Shown piece by piece: positions 37,056 through 50,037 of a DNA stretch of 64,000 nucleotides. Under the pieces are notes generated by a model. The model was not told where the DNA came from, made no database searches, and was given only the letters and a program-made list of their open reading frames with translations. The translations under genes and the position numbers were made by a program. Each line of letters starts with the position of its first letter. Position 1 is the first letter of the stretch. Source of the DNA: Eremomyces bilateralis CBS 781.70 (Eukaryota); the NCBI GenBank assembly GCA_010015585.1, contig ML975150.1; one strand, written 5' to 3'.

Positions 37056-37941
37056 GCGGGGAGCAGTAGAGAATTTTGATCTGGTTGTCGAGCAGGATCG
37101 GATCAGCATATGTTAGCATTGATTTAGATACACTAGCGTTTCAATTTGCATATACCCATATAACTATTACGCATCATGTGGTGACTACCTAAGTACTGAT
37201 TCCGTGGGGCTAGAGTTTTGGAGTTGAACCTGCTAAGAGGTGATGTAGAATGACGTCTTTCCCCTTCGGGAGCAGCCGCCTGTTCTCCTAATTCCCATCT
37301 GTATCCAACCTTTTCTGCTCCAACTTTGCCCAGTAAAAATCGCATTTATTGGTAGCACTATACTAGTCCTCCAGTCACACCCAATGTTCTTGTTCTTGTC
37401 ATAAAACCCTATAGAAATTATACTGTCTCTCTTGTATGTTTCTATCTATCGCGGGTGTCGTAGATATGCTGTATCTCTTAAGTCAACGCCACAAACGGCA
37501 CACGGACATTGATCCTGATATAGCCTAAGGGTCAAGGGACCATACTGGGTCAATGGGTTGGTCCCGTTGGCGGGGGAAGACAGCCTGTTTTCGTCATCGG
37601 GCGCTTTTCCTATGCTTGTCATAACCATATGACTTCCCATCCTCAACTCTTCTCTACCAAAGTTGCCGGGTCCTGAGCCATCCGTATAACTACTCTATGC
37701 GCGGGTAAAGGTTATTTCTGCTCAGCACGCCACTTCTAATTGCTACCTGCCTTCGCCCAAGTCCGACAAAGTCCCAAATATCAGCCCCTCATCGAGTCCG
37801 TCTCCCTGCACGTTGACATCCTGATCACCTGTACCCCACCTTGGCGAGCAGCGAAGTCGTGAACTTTCAAGCCTGAAGACCGCGTCGGTCAGCTTTGAAC
37901 AATTTTCTGGCTCAACCATCTCTACCTATACTTTGGGTAAC

Positions 37942-40539
37942 ATGTCTCGCCGGTACGACGATTATGACGACCGGGATTACCCGTCTCGTCCTCTACGACG
38001 TGCATCTGACGACCTCGATATCGACATTCGTCATTCACCCGGCGCACGGCGGACTCGACCGCCCGTCGCCGAATACCCTGACGATCGTCCATCGAGACGG
38101 ATCCCTGACTTCATGCGAGATGACTACGACCGCAATGGCGAAGCGCAAGAGCTTGCGATTCGACGTAGAGACGATGACTACGGCCCATCCCCTCCTCGGG
38201 ACCGGCCGTATGAGCGAGAGGACATCGAAATCCGTGACCGAGATCACCGGGAGAGTTATCGGCTACCACCACGGAGACGAGAGGACCTGGATGATACCGA
38301 AATCTCGATTCGGAGGACGGAACGTGAAGATCGAGGTCCTCCAAGGGTGCGGGAGAGGAGCATCGAACGGGAAGACGTCAGCATAAGAAGGGTGGAGACA
38401 GATCGTGGTCCACTGCGACCACGTGGTGATATCGACCGAGATGATGTGGAGATCAGAGTCCGAAGGGAAGAGTCCCGAGGGCCGCCACCACGACGACGAC
38501 CCGAAGTGGTCGATCCGGATGAACTTGATATCAGAATACGGAGGGAAGAATCTAGAGGGCCACCACCACGCCGACGACCCGAAGGTATCGACCAAGATGA
38601 GCTTGATATCAGAATACGGAGGGAAGAATCTAGAGGGCCACCACCACGCCGACGACCCGAAGGTATCGACCAAGATGAGCTTGATATCAGAATACGAAGG
38701 GAAGAATCCAGAGGGCCACCACCACGCCGACGACCCGAAGGTATCGACCAAGATGAGCTTGATATCAAAATACGGAGGGAAGAATCTAGAGGACCTCCGC
38801 CACGACGGCGACCCGAAGGTATTGATAGGGAAGAGGTGATCATCCGTCGAGACGAACGAGATGCGAGGCCTTCCATGCGGGGAGTGACCTATCGAAGAAG
38901 GAGCCGAAGCCGAAGCAGTAGTTCCGGCTCGTCCCTCACGACGGATCGTGGAACTGTCCGCTCCCGAGGCCGACGCCGAAGCATGCCTCCGGTCGGAAGA
39001 CTTGTCGCGCGAGAACACGAAGAGTTTGTGTATAGGAGACGAGAACCGAGCATACCCCCACCGCCTCCCCCAGCTCCAGCGCGAGAGACAACGGAAGAGA
39101 TCATCATCCGGAGGGCGGAATCGAGTCCTTCACCACCACCACCTCTTCCGGAACCGGAACCGGAACCGATCGTTACGAGAACCGTTGAACCTGAATATCT
39201 TCCTCCTGTACATCGTGACGTGATCACACATGTCTACACGATTGACCATGGTAAGTAGCCGCTTCTAGAACCGGTGCTGTACACATATTTATCATTAAAC
39301 TCTCTAGGATTGAGACCTGCTAGTCCACCGTCTCCGCCACCTCCTCCGCCACCGGAGCCAGTAAAGGATGAAAGTTTGGAGATTGATATACGTAGAAAGT
39401 ATGCCATGTCCCATAGATTCCACCCCGATTTCTACATTGGAAGTGACTAACCCAGTCGCAGAGATGCTGATGGCGCCCGTGAGACCATCCACATCAGTGA
39501 CCGTGAACGCGAAGGCCGTCCTGTGGGGCGCCGCGCTCGCTCCGTCTCATTCTCTCATTCACCCCGTCGTCGATCACTTTCTTCGTCTCCCGGACGCCGT
39601 CATCGCTCTCGTAGCCGCGTTCGAGGCTCCGACCTCGACCTCGAAGCTGAGTACTACAACCGACGTGCCATGGAACGCGGGTATCCTGGGGAAGCCTACA
39701 ATGGCGCAACTAAGGATTGGGAGCACGTGGACGTTCCACCTGGCACTCATCGTGTTCAAATGGACGGTACGGGCGGTGGAAGCCAAGAGATTACTTGGCA
39801 GCGATACAATGGCGCCCGTCGCGCCAAATTCATTGGGGACGGCGAAGAGTTTGCGACGGATTATGGGATTCCCCCGAGAAGGGAGGTGTTGCCTGCTCCT
39901 CCGCCAGCGCCGAGCCCGATTCCAGCACTCCCGTCAAAGGCGAGAGAGTCGAGGGAAGAGTTGAGTGTTGAGATCCGGAGAAGGGAAGGGGGCCCACCGG
40001 TGGATCGCGAACTGGACCATATCTCTATCCGCGAAAGAGAGATTGAAGAGAGACACCTCCCTCACCCTCCTCCAACTCCGTCTCGGCGAACTAAGGATAT
40101 GTGGACTGAGGTTACTAAGGATCTTGTCCTCAAAGAAGCGATCCTTGAGTCCGGCTACCAGTTCGATGAGACGGAGGACTTCTTCTACATCATGGAGTAT
40201 CTTCGCTACGTATGTTATCGCCCCTTTTCATGGCTCTTCCACTCCAGTCACTGACCCTTGCAACAGGAAGATGTACTCCAACTCGTCCAGCGTTCGGACC
40301 GCATCCGAACCGAGCGTCGTCGTCGCATTCGTGAGATCGAATGGGAGCGTGAACACCTGCATCGTCCCCACGGGATTCCTCCACCCCCGATGGGTATGCA
40401 TGGGCCTCCGCCAATGCCTCCCCTTCTGGCGGGTCCGCCAATTCCACCGCCGCCATTCCTACCCCCAGGGGTCGAGCGTATCTATGATCGGGAGCGGATG
40501 GTGGTGGAAGAAGGAAGGGTACCGAGGAGGAGATATTGA
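37942..40539 (+). CDS. Conserved fungal R/D/E/P-rich protein with a C-terminal 'MWTEVTKDLV' domain; exons 37942-39250, 39308-39398, 39462-40209, 40267-40539
   Basis: Spliced reading frame is continuous. It carries GEAYNGATKDW..VDVPPGT.RVQMDG.GG.SQEITWQRYNG.RRAKF and DMWTEVTKDLVLKEAI...ETEDFFYIMEYL|EDVLQLV, which I recall from Pezizomycotina hypothetical proteins. Confidence 0.82.
38440..38835 (+). repeat. Coding minisatellite, 78-bp unit x ~5 (DELDIRIRREESRGPPPRRRPEGIDQ)
   Basis: Units start at 38440 (degenerate), 38518, 38596, 38674 and 38752; the central copies are nearly identical. Confidence 0.95.
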
Positions 40540-41089
40540 TAGGAGACTGAGATTTACCGCCGAAATGTTTTCTGGGAGTGGCTGAGTATATTATATCAAG
40601 CCATGACGTTGAAGCTATTACGTATGGGCCGAAATTGAGCGTTTTGTCAGTCGCTGCTTCGGTAATTTTCAAGCCTGTTCGACCTCTTTCGCAGATATCT
40701 CTCAAGCTTAATGAATGGACGGACTAGATTATGAATACCTAGGTTTTTCGCTCGTTGGCTTAGCTTCAATTATTTGCACGACTTGAATACGTGTTTTAGA
40801 AGATCGACCTCTTCATGGCAAGCAAAGCATAGCAGACTAGGTTCCTTACGAAGCAATGACACGCTGATGTTCTCTATTAAGTACCAATCAATGAGATACT
40901 TTGAGGGAGCATATTTTACGACAATCCTCGTGACAACTATAACGGAGCAGCATTCCGTTGGTAGAGTTTGAAAAGTGTGTCTTTCCGGAGGCAGATATCA
41001 TACTACCCTAACAGCAGTACGTCTACTGAATTCCCAGGTTGTAGCTGGGAGATCGAACACCCAATGTGATCAATGTGACACGTTGCCAT

Positions 41090-42781
41090 TCATTCCGGGT
41101 TGGGTGCCAGATCCGTCGGTTCGTCATGCACGACCTGATCCCTTTCAGCCTCAATCTCCTTCATCTTCGCCCGACCTTCCTCAGTGGTGGCATCAATGAC
41201 GCCCTCCTCCACACTCAGCATGCCGCCATTTGACAAGTTCTCCACGACCTCTTCCGCCTCTTCGACGCTCATCTTCGCAAGAACCTTATTGATCTCGTCC
41301 AAACTACCGGTCTCGAGGGCTCTTTGAAGGCCTGGCGGGAATGAATCGAAGATCTCCCGTGCGGCTACAAGCTCTGGAGGTGCGACGGACGGGTCTTCAA
41401 CGGCTGGGGGAACGTTGACTGTAATGGTGGTGTTTGGGTCGACCGCTTGCAACTGGATTTGCTCCACCCCAGCGGCTCCTTCCTCTTCCTCTTTCTCTTG
41501 TCGGGCCTTCTCTTCGGCGGCTTTGACTTTGATCTTGCCGTACGTCCCCTTGACATCGTCGAGGAAGAGTGCTTGAGCTTTATGTCCGGGACTGGTGACT
41601 CTGTGTGGAATTTAGTACGGATTAACGGTCCATGGGACGAGTCAAATTCTTACCGCTTGAAGAACAACTGCACTCCGTCCAGGCCGAGCGATCGGCAGTA
41701 CTGTAGAAGCAAAGCTTGGTGGACACACTGTCTCGCGTATCTATCCTGCCCCGCAATTTGGCTATTAAAAGCCTCAATCAGCAGGCCATCCGTCTCATTC
41801 TCGTTGAGAACCTTGGGATGTTCCTGGATAAAGCGAAGAAGTGCTCGGTAGTCGGCCATGTCAATCTTTGCAAACTCCTTGCCCAACTTCGAGGCACGGA
41901 CGGAATCCTCGTTGATTTCCTCCTCAGCCCGGATCCCATCTTCGACGTCCGCATCGGCACCTGACGATTGCCCGGTGTCTGCTCGTAGAAGTGGATCCCG
42001 TTGAGCACTTCCGGGGTTCAAGAGCTCGACCGACTTGGGGTTCGATGATGAGGCTTCTTGTTTCGCTTTAGAAACCTATGCGCAGTTAGCGTCATATTCC
42101 TCTATATTCCGGATGTCCGGTTAGTGTCCTCGTACTGAGCTGTAGTCGAATCCTGTATGAAGATTGTCGCTTGTAATGTGCTTTTTCTCCTCCTTCTCAA
42201 GCTCTGCAAGCTTTGCCAAGAGCTGCTTTTGCAGCCCTGCGACTTCTTCCCTATGTTTTCCCACCTCGGTTATGAACGCTTCATACCGATCTTTCGTGGT
42301 GTCCTTGTCAATCGCTGCTTTGACTTGGTCGACTAGAGCGGCCATCATTTTTGAGTACGTTGGAGGATCTTCCACGTGTTGATGCACACCTTCCGGTGCA
42401 GGCGGGGGTCGATCCTTCGACGGATCGCCAGCAGACTCGATTAAACTTTGAAAAACCAGTTCCTCTGGAGATTGAGCGGATGCGTTGGCTTTGTGAGACT
42501 TGAGTGCTGTGAGGAGGCGGTCGATTCGATCCATCAAGCCATCGTTAATAATACGCTCGTACCCCAACGTCGAGATATTGTGCTTTCGTTGAAGGCGGTC
42601 CTGGTGGATTTGGGCTTGCTTTGCCCGGATGAAAGACTTCTTGTCGACATTGGGATGTACTTCTATGTCGGAATCATCGGAGAGCTCGAGGGCATCCTAC
42701 AGAGATATCACAGTCAACAATGGATGAGTGAAGCTGGGGATGGGTTGGTCCACATACCCACTTGCTGTAGTCAACTGGCAT
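41090..42781 (-). CDS. CDC37: Hsp90 kinase co-chaperone Cdc37; 4 exons
   Basis: MPVDYSKW|DALELSDDSDIEVHPNVDKKSFIRAKQAQIHQ; ARQCVHQALLLQYCRSLG.DGV.LFFKR; FDSFPPGLQRALETGSLDEINKVL. Confidence 0.96.
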
Positions 42782-43501
42782 GATGTGCGATCACAGTCGG
42801 TGAATTGGCTTTGGCAAGGCTTTGGCAGATTGATGGAATCGAAGTAGCTATTAATATTGAAGGAACTGGGAGAGGTGGTAGGGAGGAGAAGTAGCTAAGT
42901 TCCTACAGTGTGCGAGAAGTAAGCTAAGACAAGGGAAGCCTTGGAATGTTCTGGAGCCACAGCAGACCGATGGTATCCAACCAAGTTTTCCTAGAATTCC
43001 ATCCTTCTGCCAATCTGCTGAAGTGCTGACCGGTCTTTCTTCCTGTTTCTTCCGGTTGTATTTCGTATAAAAACGAATAGAACAGCAGAAAATACATGTA
43101 GGAATCCGATGATAGCGGGGTGAAGTCTAAATATTTGCCTGACAGCCTAAGGCATGAAACTGATCATGCACCTGACACAATAGTTACATGTTATCACGTG
43201 TCGGGCCGCAGCCGCGGTTATAAGGCGTCAAGGCTGAACTCGGGTTGCTGCCTCATGGCTCACTTTCGGCTTCCCTTATGATTCCATGTCATTATTAAGG
43301 CCCTAGAAACCTCCGAAACCGCTTCTTGCTGGTGATCTTCCATTGTAAATGCCACTCCCGTCTTGATACATTCATCTTTCCCGCCCAGAACCGTTTCCCT
43401 CTAAGACATCCTGATGACCCGAATCTCTATCCAGGAATCCAAAAGGCAATCTGTTGTGTATAGGTGCCGTTGATCGCCAACGGTTCGAACCTGTAGCAAC
43501 C
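42782..43501. promoter_or_regulatory. Divergent promoter region between CDC37 and the MDL-type ABC gene, with TCACGTG at 43194-43200
   Basis: Head-to-head start codons 720 bp apart, with an E-box between them. Confidence 0.6.
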
Positions 43502-45862
43502 ATGTCCTCCCCATCCCACATCTTCACCCGGCGAATCTGGCACCAGGCTGCTCAAGGAGCTCAGTCCGCGAAATCGCCGGTGCAATCGCTCCTATCTGCA
43601 CGGGGAGGAAAGAATGTCGCCTATACCTTCGCAATTCCTTCCGCGCGATGCCTCGGAACGTTGACCCTCTCAAGCACGCGAACTCTCCTCCATCGGGTCC
43701 CTCGGTCATTCCCCAGCGCAGTTTCGGATTGCAAAGCAGCCGCCGGCTCATCGAAACGTGTCTTCGCTACAAGTCGAGCTTTACAAGCAGCGAAGAAGGA
43801 AGTATCATACCGCGATGAGATCAAACACCGGAATAAGGATGAGGACGATGTAGAGGAGGACGAAAATGATTTCAAGCGCTCGGAGAAGGCGTCGCAAGCG
43901 TCGCAAATCAACCTACGAGCGAGACTCAGCAAAGAAGGATCCAAAAACCGAGGCATGAGTGAGATATGGAGGCTTATCATGATAGCCATCCCGGAGCGGA
44001 AGATGTTGGGCGTTGCCGTCCTTTGCCTCTTCGTCTCATCCGGTGTGACCATGTCAATCCCCTTCGCCATTGGAAAGATATTGGATATTGCCAACAAAGA
44101 TCCGGAGGGAAAGGCGGACTTCCTCATGGGATTGGACCCAACGACGTTTTACCTCGGGCTCGCCGCGATCTTTTCCGTCGGGGCAGCCGCCAACTTCGGA
44201 CGAGTCATCTTACTGCGGAAAGTGGGTGAACGGATTGTTGCGCGCTTGCGGACTCAGCTGTTCCGGAAAACCATGACTCAAGATGCCGAGTTCTTCGATG
44301 CGAATCGCGTTGGTGATCTCATTTCTCGTCTGAGTTCTGACACCATCATCGTTGGGAAGAGTGTCACCCAGAACCTTTCCGATGGATTGCGGGCCGTCGT
44401 CAGTGGTGCTGCCGGCTTCTCCCTCATGGCATACGTCAGTTTGGACCTGACCCTGTACTTCCTTTACCTTTTCCCCATCATTGGCGGGGGTGCATTCTTT
44501 TTCGGTCGATTCATCCGGAATATCTCCCGAAAATTACAAAAGGGTGTGGGTACATTGACCAAGATTGCCGAAGAACGCCTGGGAAGCGTCCGAACTTCCC
44601 AGGCCTTTGCAGGGGAGGTGCAAGAAGTGTCACGATACAACAAGCAAGTTCGCAAGATCTATGATCTAGGAGTGAGGGAGGCCAAATGGTCAGCCGCCTT
44701 CTTTGGTGGAACCGGGTTTGCTGGGAACATCACCATCCTATACATCCTCTTTCGCGGAAGCGGCATGGTCCAAGGCGGAGACATCAGTATTGGCGAACTC
44801 TCATCGTTTCTGATGTACACGGCTTATGCTGGCAGTTCGATGTATGGCCTCAGCGGATTTTTCGGTGAATTAATGAAGGGTGTTGGCGCTGCTACCCGAC
44901 TTTTCGAGTTGCAAGATCGCACTCCACCCTCACCAACCAAGGGCGCCCGCGTTCTCTCCGCTCGTGGCGACATTGCGTTTAATAGTGTCTCTTTTTCATA
45001 CCCCACTCGCCCTGCCGTTTCGATCTTTCAAAACCTCAGCTTCCGAGTCGAACAGGGTACCAATGTTGCCATTGTCGCGCCATCCGGTGCTGGGAAATCT
45101 ACCGTTGCGAGTCTTCTCATGCGATTTTATGTTCCTGGCTCCGGCTCCATCACCATTGATGGGAAAGATATTGGCGAAATGAACGCAAAGCAACTCCGTC
45201 GCAAGATTGGCTATGTTGGACAGGAGCCGGTGCTCTTTTCTGGATCGGTTGCCGAGAATATTTCTTATGGTAGGCCATGGGCTACTCGTTCGGAGATCAT
45301 CCAAGCCGCCCGCAAAGCCAACTGTGGGTTCATCTCGGATTTCCCTGAGGGCCTAGAAACCCATGTTGGTGCTCGCGGTACCCAACTGTCGGGCGGTCAG
45401 AAGCAACGGATCGCCATTGCCCGTGCCTTGCTCAAAGATCCCGACATCTTGATTCTTGATGAAGCGACTAGTGCTTTGGACGCCGAAAGCGAGACACTGG
45501 TCAATCAAGCGTTGCATACGCTCCTCCGAGAGAAGAACACCACCATTTCCATTGCACACCGTCTGTCAACCATTAAACGATCGGATCGAATCATCTGTAT
45601 CGGCGCTGACGGCACGGTCGCTGAGGAAGGGACCTATGAAGAGCTAACTACCCGTGATGGTGCCTTTACTCGATTGATGGAATGGCAGATGCAAGGAGGG
45701 GATGCACTTATGAAGAGAGGAGAGAATAGGGGCGAAGTAAGCGAGGAGGAAGAGCGCGAATATGACCTCGAGAGCGACGAAGACGCTGAACATGAACAGG
45801 AAAAGTCCGAGGAGGAGGCGAAGAAAGCTGAACCCTCAGAGGTCCCTGCTAGACCGAGGTAG
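43502..45862 (+). CDS. MDL1: Mitochondrial ABCB half-transporter (Mdl1/Mdl2/ABCB10-like), intronless
   Basis: Arg/Ser-rich presequence; TMD with FFDANRVGDLISRLSSD; NBD with APSGAGKST, LSGGQKQRIAIARA, ILILDEATSALD and IAHRLST. Confidence 0.9.
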   Translation: MSSPSHIFTRRIWHQAAQGAQSAKSPVQSLLSARGGKNVAYTFAIPSARCLGTLTLSSTRTLLHRVPRSFPSAVSDCKAAAGSSKRVFATSRALQAAKKEVSYRDEIKHRNKDEDDVEEDENDFKRSEKASQASQINLRARLSKEGSKNRGMSEIWRLIMIAIPERKMLGVAVLCLFVSSGVTMSIPFAIGKILDIANKDPEGKADFLMGLDPTTFYLGLAAIFSVGAAANFGRVILLRKVGERIVARLRTQLFRKTMTQDAEFFDANRVGDLISRLSSDTIIVGKSVTQNLSDGLRAVVSGAAGFSLMAYVSLDLTLYFLYLFPIIGGGAFFFGRFIRNISRKLQKGVGTLTKIAEERLGSVRTSQAFAGEVQEVSRYNKQVRKIYDLGVREAKWSAAFFGGTGFAGNITILYILFRGSGMVQGGDISIGELSSFLMYTAYAGSSMYGLSGFFGELMKGVGAATRLFELQDRTPPSPTKGARVLSARGDIAFNSVSFSYPTRPAVSIFQNLSFRVEQGTNVAIVAPSGAGKSTVASLLMRFYVPGSGSITIDGKDIGEMNAKQLRRKIGYVGQEPVLFSGSVAENISYGRPWATRSEIIQAARKANCGFISDFPEGLETHVGARGTQLSGGQKQRIAIARALLKDPDILILDEATSALDAESETLVNQALHTLLREKNTTISIAHRLSTIKRSDRIICIGADGTVAEEGTYEELTTRDGAFTRLMEWQMQGGDALMKRGENRGEVSEEEEREYDLESDEDAEHEQEKSEEEAKKAEPSEVPARPR

Positions 45863-46587
45863 CTCACGCATTGGGTTAAGAATCGGCAGAATGATCACGG
45901 CTATTTGCATGGTCGGCGTTTGGGTGTACCATATCTCAACTATGTCGAAACTAGAGGTAGAAGCGGAGGCGTCGTCATTCAGTCATCGAGCCATGGGCTT
46001 GGAACATGGCACAAGAGTCCCTTTTATCGCCTATTCATGCAGGTAACTTTGAGCAATCGGAAACTGGAACTTATACATCCTCTGTTGGGTAAAGTTGATG
46101 TCGGCCTTTGGCACTTCTTTCCAACCTGCTAGAAGAACTCCAGTGCAGATCAGACTACGACGCTCAAAGCCAACCCAGCGGGTTCACTAACGATTATCGA
46201 CACGAACGAGGCACCATAACCACAAGTCCGAGTCTTGATTTACACACTTCTTGACTCCAAAGGGGTTACCTGAAACCCATCCATTCGTACACCGAGGCCG
46301 AGACATACCCCTAGCCTTGGGTCAGTCCTCAATGGACTGATGGCCTCCATTAATTCCATGCAGAGGAGCTTTGACCTTGATGGATAGAGACTTTTCGACA
46401 TCTCTTACATTGTAAAATACATAGGAATATTTCGTGTACATAATACAAGGTACTCAATGCAGACCACATCTCCAATCAACAACGCTCCACCCCAACGTTT
46501 GCGGAGTGATGGATATTCAAGGAAATCAATTCATTGATATGCCCTGAGCAGTGACGACGTATGTCAGGTAACTCCCGAGCATAGGTA

Positions 46588-49500
46588 TTAGTACGGCGGG
46601 ATCACCAAGCCACCAAGTCGTGTCTCGCTATCCGTCCGTATTTCTGGGTCATCAGTGTCAATTTCACGAAGCAACCCATTTACATCCTGAGCCCATCCGC
46701 TTCCATTATGCTGTGTCCTGACCTTGCCACGGGGCGACCCATTGACACCGGATCGACTTCTCGCAGTTCTTCCACTAACGCTTCCAACCACCTTGCCATT
46801 ATGCTCGCTCGCGGTGGTAGGTCGAGAACGCTGGATGGCCAGCCCCTGTAATGATGCTGGCAATGGCGGTACAGGTGGGACGTCTTCGCCATTAAGCGAT
46901 GGAGCATAAGAGTTGGTGGAACGATCGGCCACGTTCTCTATCTGCGATTTCCCCGACGAGCTAGGTGGTCGAGACGGATTGTTTCCGTCCAAAGTATCCG
47001 TGTCGTGTGTACCATCCCGAGATTGGGGATCTTCGATGGAGTTCCGGAGAAAACTCGGATCGTCATCAGCTTCGGAGCCATCAAAAGAGAGGCCGTTTGC
47101 GCTGGCCATGCTTTCACTAGCTGTGTCGGACGGCTCAGGTTGTGCGGCCATGATACCAGGTGTGAGAGTCGTAAGACCGCCGCTGGAAAGTACCCGTTTC
47201 AAGTCTTCGACACGTACCGTACTACGGCGAGAGGAAGCGCTGACTGGGGTGCCGGTGTTGCTGGTCGCTCGGCTAGCTCGTCCAACATGGCACCCAGGGC
47301 CTCTACTGCCTAGTCCAACTCCACTGGAAGCTGGACGAGAGCGATATGAAGGATAATGAAATGCGGCCCGCTGTGGAGAATGGCCTGCAGTCTCGGGATT
47401 TGGCGGGGAGACCGAGTCGACGCCATTCTGCGCATGAACAGCAAGCAAGTGTCGTCGTGTCGAGGCTGTACCAAAACCAGAACCTGTGAATGAGTCGGAT
47501 CGGCTGGAAGCCGCCTCCATGCATGCTTCTTTTGACCAGTCAGACAGCATTTGCTCTCGGCATTTGTTTGGAAGGGCATGAGGTGATCGTGAAATGGACG
47601 GGACGGAAGGAGAAGTGACCTGGACAAAAGGGGTCGAGAAGGAGCGATTTGGTGAACGAGGAGGGCTTGACGGTGGGGAGTTGACCGCAATTGAGTAAGC
47701 ATCGGCGATGCGATCAACAACGCCTTGACGATTGTCGAAGGGTTTTAATGCCTCTTCTTCCACTATGTCCGCCGACAACTTCTCCGTTCCCTCTGGTGAT
47801 GGCAAACTGGAAAGTGGCCGAGGAGGAATCGTGAGCCCATATAGCCAAAGTCCCACCTTCATACGTCGAGATATTTCATTGTGAATTTCCCGGCCGGTAG
47901 ACGACGCATCGAAGTCGAATTGTACGCTCAGTGCCCAGAAATACCCGTGCACCAACGCGCCAATGTGAACCTTGGAAGTAGGATCGTCAAAATCTTGAAT
48001 GTCCTCCTGAAGCCGTACTATCATCGGAAGACCGCACTGGGTACTGTTTACCCCAAGGGTCCGAACGAGTGTCGCCAGGAGGAGATGAAGAAGAAGTATG
48101 TCCGATTCGGACTGCGCATACTGGTGAGCATTCTCGTAGACGGCCAAGTGTAGCCGCTGTAAAAAGGGCGATTTCGTTGTGTGACAGCGTTCTCTCTGCG
48201 ATGCATTCGACACGGCTCTTTTGGCAAGGCTGCTCTGCCGGTGATTGATATTGTCTTTTGCATCCTTCTTCGGCCGAGGACTCTCTTCGAGAACTTTAAG
48301 ATCATCTTTCTTCAGTTCGAGGTTCGCCCAGGTGAGAAAGGCGTCCACGTAAGCTTTCCGAACCTCCCAATGAGGGTCCCGAAGGAGCCACTGGGTCCCT
48401 TCCCAAACAGAGATGTCTACTGGCGATCGATTCGCTTTGGACTGCGTCTCAAGAGCTCTCTGGTTTGCGACCTCAAGAATATTCCTTATCGAGTTCAGGG
48501 CAAGTTCCCTTGCAGTCTCGAACGAGAAGAATCCGTCGGTGCTCGGTTTTTCCACCAAGCTTCCGGCACTTACAATCCCGTTGGCAGCCATCTCGGGGTC
48601 TTCAATCGCAGCGACAGTTGCAATCGGATCGGACGATGGTTTGAGTCTTGCTAGGATTGCACGAGTCATATCGGAGATTTGATCGCTGTAATAAACATGG
48701 GTGGCAAGGTTACTGATGCAGGTCTGGAGCTGGTTCAATAGGCGTGTACGTATGGAGTCGTTACCACCCTGTTGCAACACAAGGAGGGAGTGCTGGATGA
48801 GTCCGACGAGAACATCCATAACACTCAACCCGATGAAGTTGGTGTTTGAGCCGAGGAGGCAAGCAATGATGATGCTCAACAGACATTGTCTCTCCATTTT
48901 CTTCTCCTCGATGGGGCATCGGATCAACGTCTCCACCGCAGTGACAATGATGAGGAATCGGTCCTGCACCGGAGTCCACTGGCACATCATCTGGAAGAGA
49001 ATCGTGGGCCAACTGCCCGCGTACACCGCAAACGACTCCGAGGTGGGAAAATGCCCCTCTAACGAGATGCATTCCGTTACGAATTGAAGCACGATGGTCG
49101 TCGCCTGTCGAACTTGAGAGCGATTGTTGACGCTGAAAACTTGACGAAGCGCTTGTAACGCAGCTATCAAGACCGACTGCTCGGCAAACTTGTCGGATTC
49201 CTCGGTAGTTCTCGCGACTGGATCGTGCTCGGATATCTCGGATGTCTGTACGGTCGAGACGCTCTGCCTCCGGCGAAACGCTTGCTCTTTCTCACATTCT
49301 TCCCGTTCATGCTCGTTTTGCTCAATTGCAAGCAGATCAGACCCGCGGGAGCTGTAGACGGCCTCGAGAATGACCGGGATGACCAGCGCGAGCTGCCTTT
49401 CGGTCTCAGCACTCAGAGACTCCGACATGGTCAAACTTTTGATGGCTTCCAAACCGATCCTTCGGAATCGTACCGCTAGAGGAACACTCTTGGCCTTCCC

Positions 49501-50037
49501 TTGGATACGGTATTCTTTGGATGCGAATGCAACATACAGCCGAATCACTTGCTCGTACTGTTTGAGATACCCTTGATCGGCCGCAAGGAATGCCGGATCT
49601 TGCTTCGCGCAGTATACTTCGAATGTGGGTACAGACGCTTCCACCATTGTAATATCATGAGATCGGAGGACGGTGTTTAGAATTCTTAGGACGGCGCCAC
49701 CGTATAGGGACAAATCGCGGGGGCATTTTTCGATAAGGGATTTCAAGATGGCGAGCGTAACCTGGACATTTCTGCGCAAACACCGTTAGCTCAGGAACGC
49801 AATTGTCACACAGCGTACATACCCAATGCGATTATTCCGGACATCGCTTAGGTTCTTTCTCTCTAGATAGCTGCCGACTTTCTGGAGTTTGCTCCGACGC
49901 GTACTCGCATAATATAGCAAGTAGCTCAGCTCACTGGAATTTGGCTTAACCTCCGTCGTATTCTTCTGGTATCGTGGATAACATTTCAGGATGAGGACCT
50001 GGTGTTTCGGCCGTAATTTCTGGCGCATGGCCTGCAT
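46588..50037 (-). CDS. EFR3: Efr3, scaffold of the plasma-membrane PI4-kinase (Stt4) complex; exons 50037-49823, 49771-46588
   Basis: RPKHQVLILKCYP...PNSSELSYLLYYASTRRSKLQKVG; NFIGLSVMDVL; LATHVYYSDQISDM; WEGTQWLLRD; C-terminal PPY. Confidence 0.95.

Noticed and set aside
45075..45105. Walker A of the ABC transporter reads APSGAGKST rather than GPSGAGKST
   Set aside because: It fits the [AG]xxxxGK[ST] consensus, and all other NBD motifs are intact.
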